From Verrucomicrobiia bacterium (GTDB lineage: Bacteria > Verrucomicrobiota > Verrucomicrobiia > Limisphaerales > UBA11358): a stretch of 52,216 nt of DNA. Location: positions 1 to 52,216 of the forward strand of contig JBAXIY010000002.1 in assembly GCA_037138135.1 (NCBI GenBank). Direction: 5' to 3'. Below are positions 51,301 to 52,216 of this stretch, one piece after another. The position numbers and the translations under genes are program-made. Numbering within the stretch: position 1 is the stretch's first letter; each line of letters starts with the position of its first letter. Under the pieces are notes generated by a model. That model ran no database searches. It worked only from the letters and a program-made list of their open reading frames with translations, and was not told where the DNA came from.

Positions 51301-52216
51301 CTAGATTAACGTTTTCGAGGTTGACGAAATTCACGGTGGGTGGGGTTCCGGTATCGATGCTCTTGGCGAGGATGCCGTTATTCACAAGACTTCCGCCGAT
51401 GGACAATTTGTTAAGATCGTATTGCATGTCCAGCGTGCCGCCGCTGTTAATGATGAGCGTCGCTCCGCCTGAAATCGTCCAGGAGCCGGGCGGAGTAAGC
51501 GAATGACCACTTTGAATGATGAAAGTATCACCTCCGGTGAAATTAGCCGGACTGGCACCCAAGCTGTTCGTCCATGAGGTTAAAGTGGAAGGCGAGAGTC
51601 CCGTGCCCACTGAATAATAGGTGTTCGGCACGGCGGTTTGATTGCCGGTGGCTGGCGAGTTGGTCAGGTAATTCTCCGGACCGCCCGCGCCGTTCACTTC
51701 AAACACAGCCACATAGTAGGTGGTGCCGATCGTGAGATTCGACACGGTAACCGAGTTGCCGGTGCCCAGGTAAACCACCTTCGCCGAGGTGCCAATTACC
51801 GAACCAGCCCCGCTGAAGTTCGCATCGGCCGTATAGGTGGTGCCATCCACCGGCAACCCAGTCACCGGCGACCCGGCCTTTAGTAGCACGAGGCAGTTAT
51901 CGCCATTGCCCCGCGTCCAAGAGAAGGTGAAAGCACCGCGCTGCGCGCCGGAGAAGCTGACGCCGGTGGCCTGAACGGTCGGTTCGTTGGTCAGCGCATA
52001 GAAAGTGCCGACGTCGGAATAGCCGATGCCCGACGAGTTTTGCGCGTAACCGGCATAGGAATACTGCGTGCCCGGAGTCAATCCGATGGCATTGGTAGTG
52101 AACGAACCCAGCGTTTGGGTCGTGCCCTTCACGAGTTTGGTCACGCCGGTTCCGCCCACCGCCGGATTGGTGTTGACGGCGGTAGCGGCATACACGATGC
52201 CATAATTAGTAATCGT
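48347..52216 (-). CDS. Giant surface adhesin-like protein, 5'-partial (continues beyond the window)
   Basis: The frame stays open to the window edge (..TITNYGIVYAAT..), so the M at 52195 in the ORF track is just an internal GTG. Domain layout (aa numbered from 52195):
- Fn3-like units at the N-terminal end.
- a glycine-rich domain, aa 314-516.
- long Asn/Thr/Gly beta-strand repeats resembling autotransporter-associated (PATR-type) repeats, aa ~575-1010.
- an Ig-like domain (TTLLVSSANPSTNGSSVTFTATV...HTIQAIYLGDASY).
- a cadherin-like domain (PPVANPDTATTYWNVPVTISPLANDSDP).
- a C-terminal beta domain ending in PRNFYRIQQ. Confidence 0.75.
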   Translation of the reverse strand, partial: TITNYGIVYAATAVNTNPAVGGTGVTKLVKGTTQTLGSFTTNAIGLTPGTQYSYAGYAQNSSGIGYSDVGTFYALTNEPTVQATGVSFSGAQRGAFTFSWTRGNGDNCLVLLKAGSPVTGLPVDGTTYTADANFSGAGSVIGTSAKVVYLGTGNSVTVSNLTIGTTYYVAVFEVNGAGGPENYLTNSPATGNQTAVPNTYYSVGTGLSPSTLTSWTNSLGASPANFTGGDTFIIQSGHSLTPPGSWTISGGATLIINSGGTLDMQYDLNKLSIGGSLVNNGILAKSIDTGTPPTVNFVNLENVNLGINDNGTLTVGTNYNVSVLAIGGGGGGAAANGASTPLTQGGGGGGGASAYSAALVLQGGVAYQMTVGAAGVRGTIGTTGNPGTAGGNSRFGGGFLTTITANGGAGGLSGGTGGAGGAAGSSGATANFAGGSAVSGGGGGGGGAGDAGAGGDAGSISSGVGGSGGAGSLLAGGAGGSIAANASGSAGTVPGGGGAGANWTSGSGSAGSAGSAGQVVVALISPNTSPQTFTYDFQSRASGDWNDFNTWSVNRGSGFVNATNGETPNAGHQSVVVLNSHTVTVSAAAVTVNLTVNTGGTLTVSGGGLSVNRLTGQTNANNLTVNGTLNLATANALNLGNNTTNLIAAGAVLNHTGGSTVVNYGTGVQMTINGTYNQNVNGSGVIPVATWAAASTCQINSTFTNSTTGNIQLNYGQNFGNFIWNAQGDVTNQVYRMANGAITNWAVGNLTIQNTAGTPARLELALSQVLGVSVTNFTMTGGSFRAGGGNVVLTVNGPLAISAGQFDVGGAINALGDVSITGTTVITGGSPFSFAKAGAQAWTTTLTNTLTAPKWIVNSGTALSLGSASRCVVSDLTVNGGLTVTGNSTLLVNGANLPSTNNSGTITVASGSTLGGSGAIGASVTLSAGAMATNTFALDTNNVPNGQLTTTNALALNGNTIYVSTGIYALNVGDYVLITNTISGITGSFGSVVISGAGLASGTTGTVVTTANAVKLHVALAAITTVPTTTLLVSSANPSTNGSSVTFTATVQTNSVTASAATSNYVFSVDGTPVATNAVTGGSASYASSALTVGSHTIQAIYLGDASYQASTNSLTQVVTNFPPVANPDTATTYWNVPVTISPLANDSDPLGRPLTLVSVSPSSGTASIINNNTNVLFTPATGASTTATLNYVITNGAGGSASSIITVTVTNPPVPRFTSAKVVGANFVATGTNGAPNGTYNMLTATNVAQSIATWTAVLTNTFDGSGNFSNNIPTNSTLPRNFYRIQQ
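50648..51256 (-). other. Glycine-rich low-complexity domain within the adhesin-like gene
   Basis: aa 314-516 run VSVLAIGGGGGGAAANG...QGGGGGGGASAYSAALVLQGGVAYQMTVGAAGVRG...GGGGGGGGAGDAGAGGDAG...SAGSAGSAGQVVV. The stretch is in frame and non-periodic. It has the V-x-V-G-G-G-G-G-G ... Y-x-V-T-V-G-x-x-G layout seen in proteins annotated as glycine-rich domain-containing. Confidence 0.6.

Noticed and set aside
52193-52195. Apparent start (M in the ORF track) of the adhesin-like gene without a signal peptide.
   Set aside because: The codon is an internal GTG and the reading frame stays open to base 52216 (..TITNYGIV..). The gene is therefore simply truncated by the window edge, not an unusual leaderless start.
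1-52216. Search for Bacteroidota-style PUL markers (SusC/SusD, TonB-dependent receptor, hybrid two-component sensor, ECF/anti-sigma), for tRNA/rRNA, and for defence or mobile genes.
   Set aside because: No ORF on either strand shows the corresponding motifs (TonB box/plug, SusD TPR-like, HATPase, integrase/transposase). The intergenic gaps are too short (149 nt at most) to hold RNA genes.

Overview
This 52,216 bp window is almost entirely coding on the minus strand. It holds 26 tightly packed, co-directional genes. Gaps are 2-149 nt and four junctions are ATGA start/stop overlaps. Every complete product begins with a Sec, lipoprotein or Tat export signal.

Recognisable content:
- seven Cys-type (C-x-P-x-R) S1 sulfatases
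- two GH2 beta-galactosidase-like enzymes
- two clan GH-D alpha-galactosidase-like enzymes
- a GH63/GH37-like six-hairpin enzyme
- an alpha/beta-hydrolase esterase
- a galactose mutarotase with a lipoprotein-type signal
- a DUF1080 protein

Families I cannot place in a described CAZy family:
- four paralogues of a GH-A-like barrel plus beta-sandwich protein
- two Tat-exported six-hairpin paralogues
- a 688-aa protein whose homologue is fused to about 700 aa of Ig-like/B-repeat modules
- a 1091-aa protein with a GHL-like core
- a 1142-aa tandem beta-helix protein

The right end carries the 3' 3.9 kb of a giant adhesin-like gene (glycine-rich domain, beta-strand repeats, Ig-like and cadherin-like domains), which ends in a clear intrinsic terminator. 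I saw no rRNA, tRNA, CRISPR, transposase, transporter or regulator.

Best reading: a sulfated-galactan degradation island of the Verrucomicrobiota/Planctomycetota style (the taxon is inference), with heavy internal paralogy and two recent gene-conversion tracts. All family calls come from motif recognition by eye, not from database searches. Identity levels are eye estimates.
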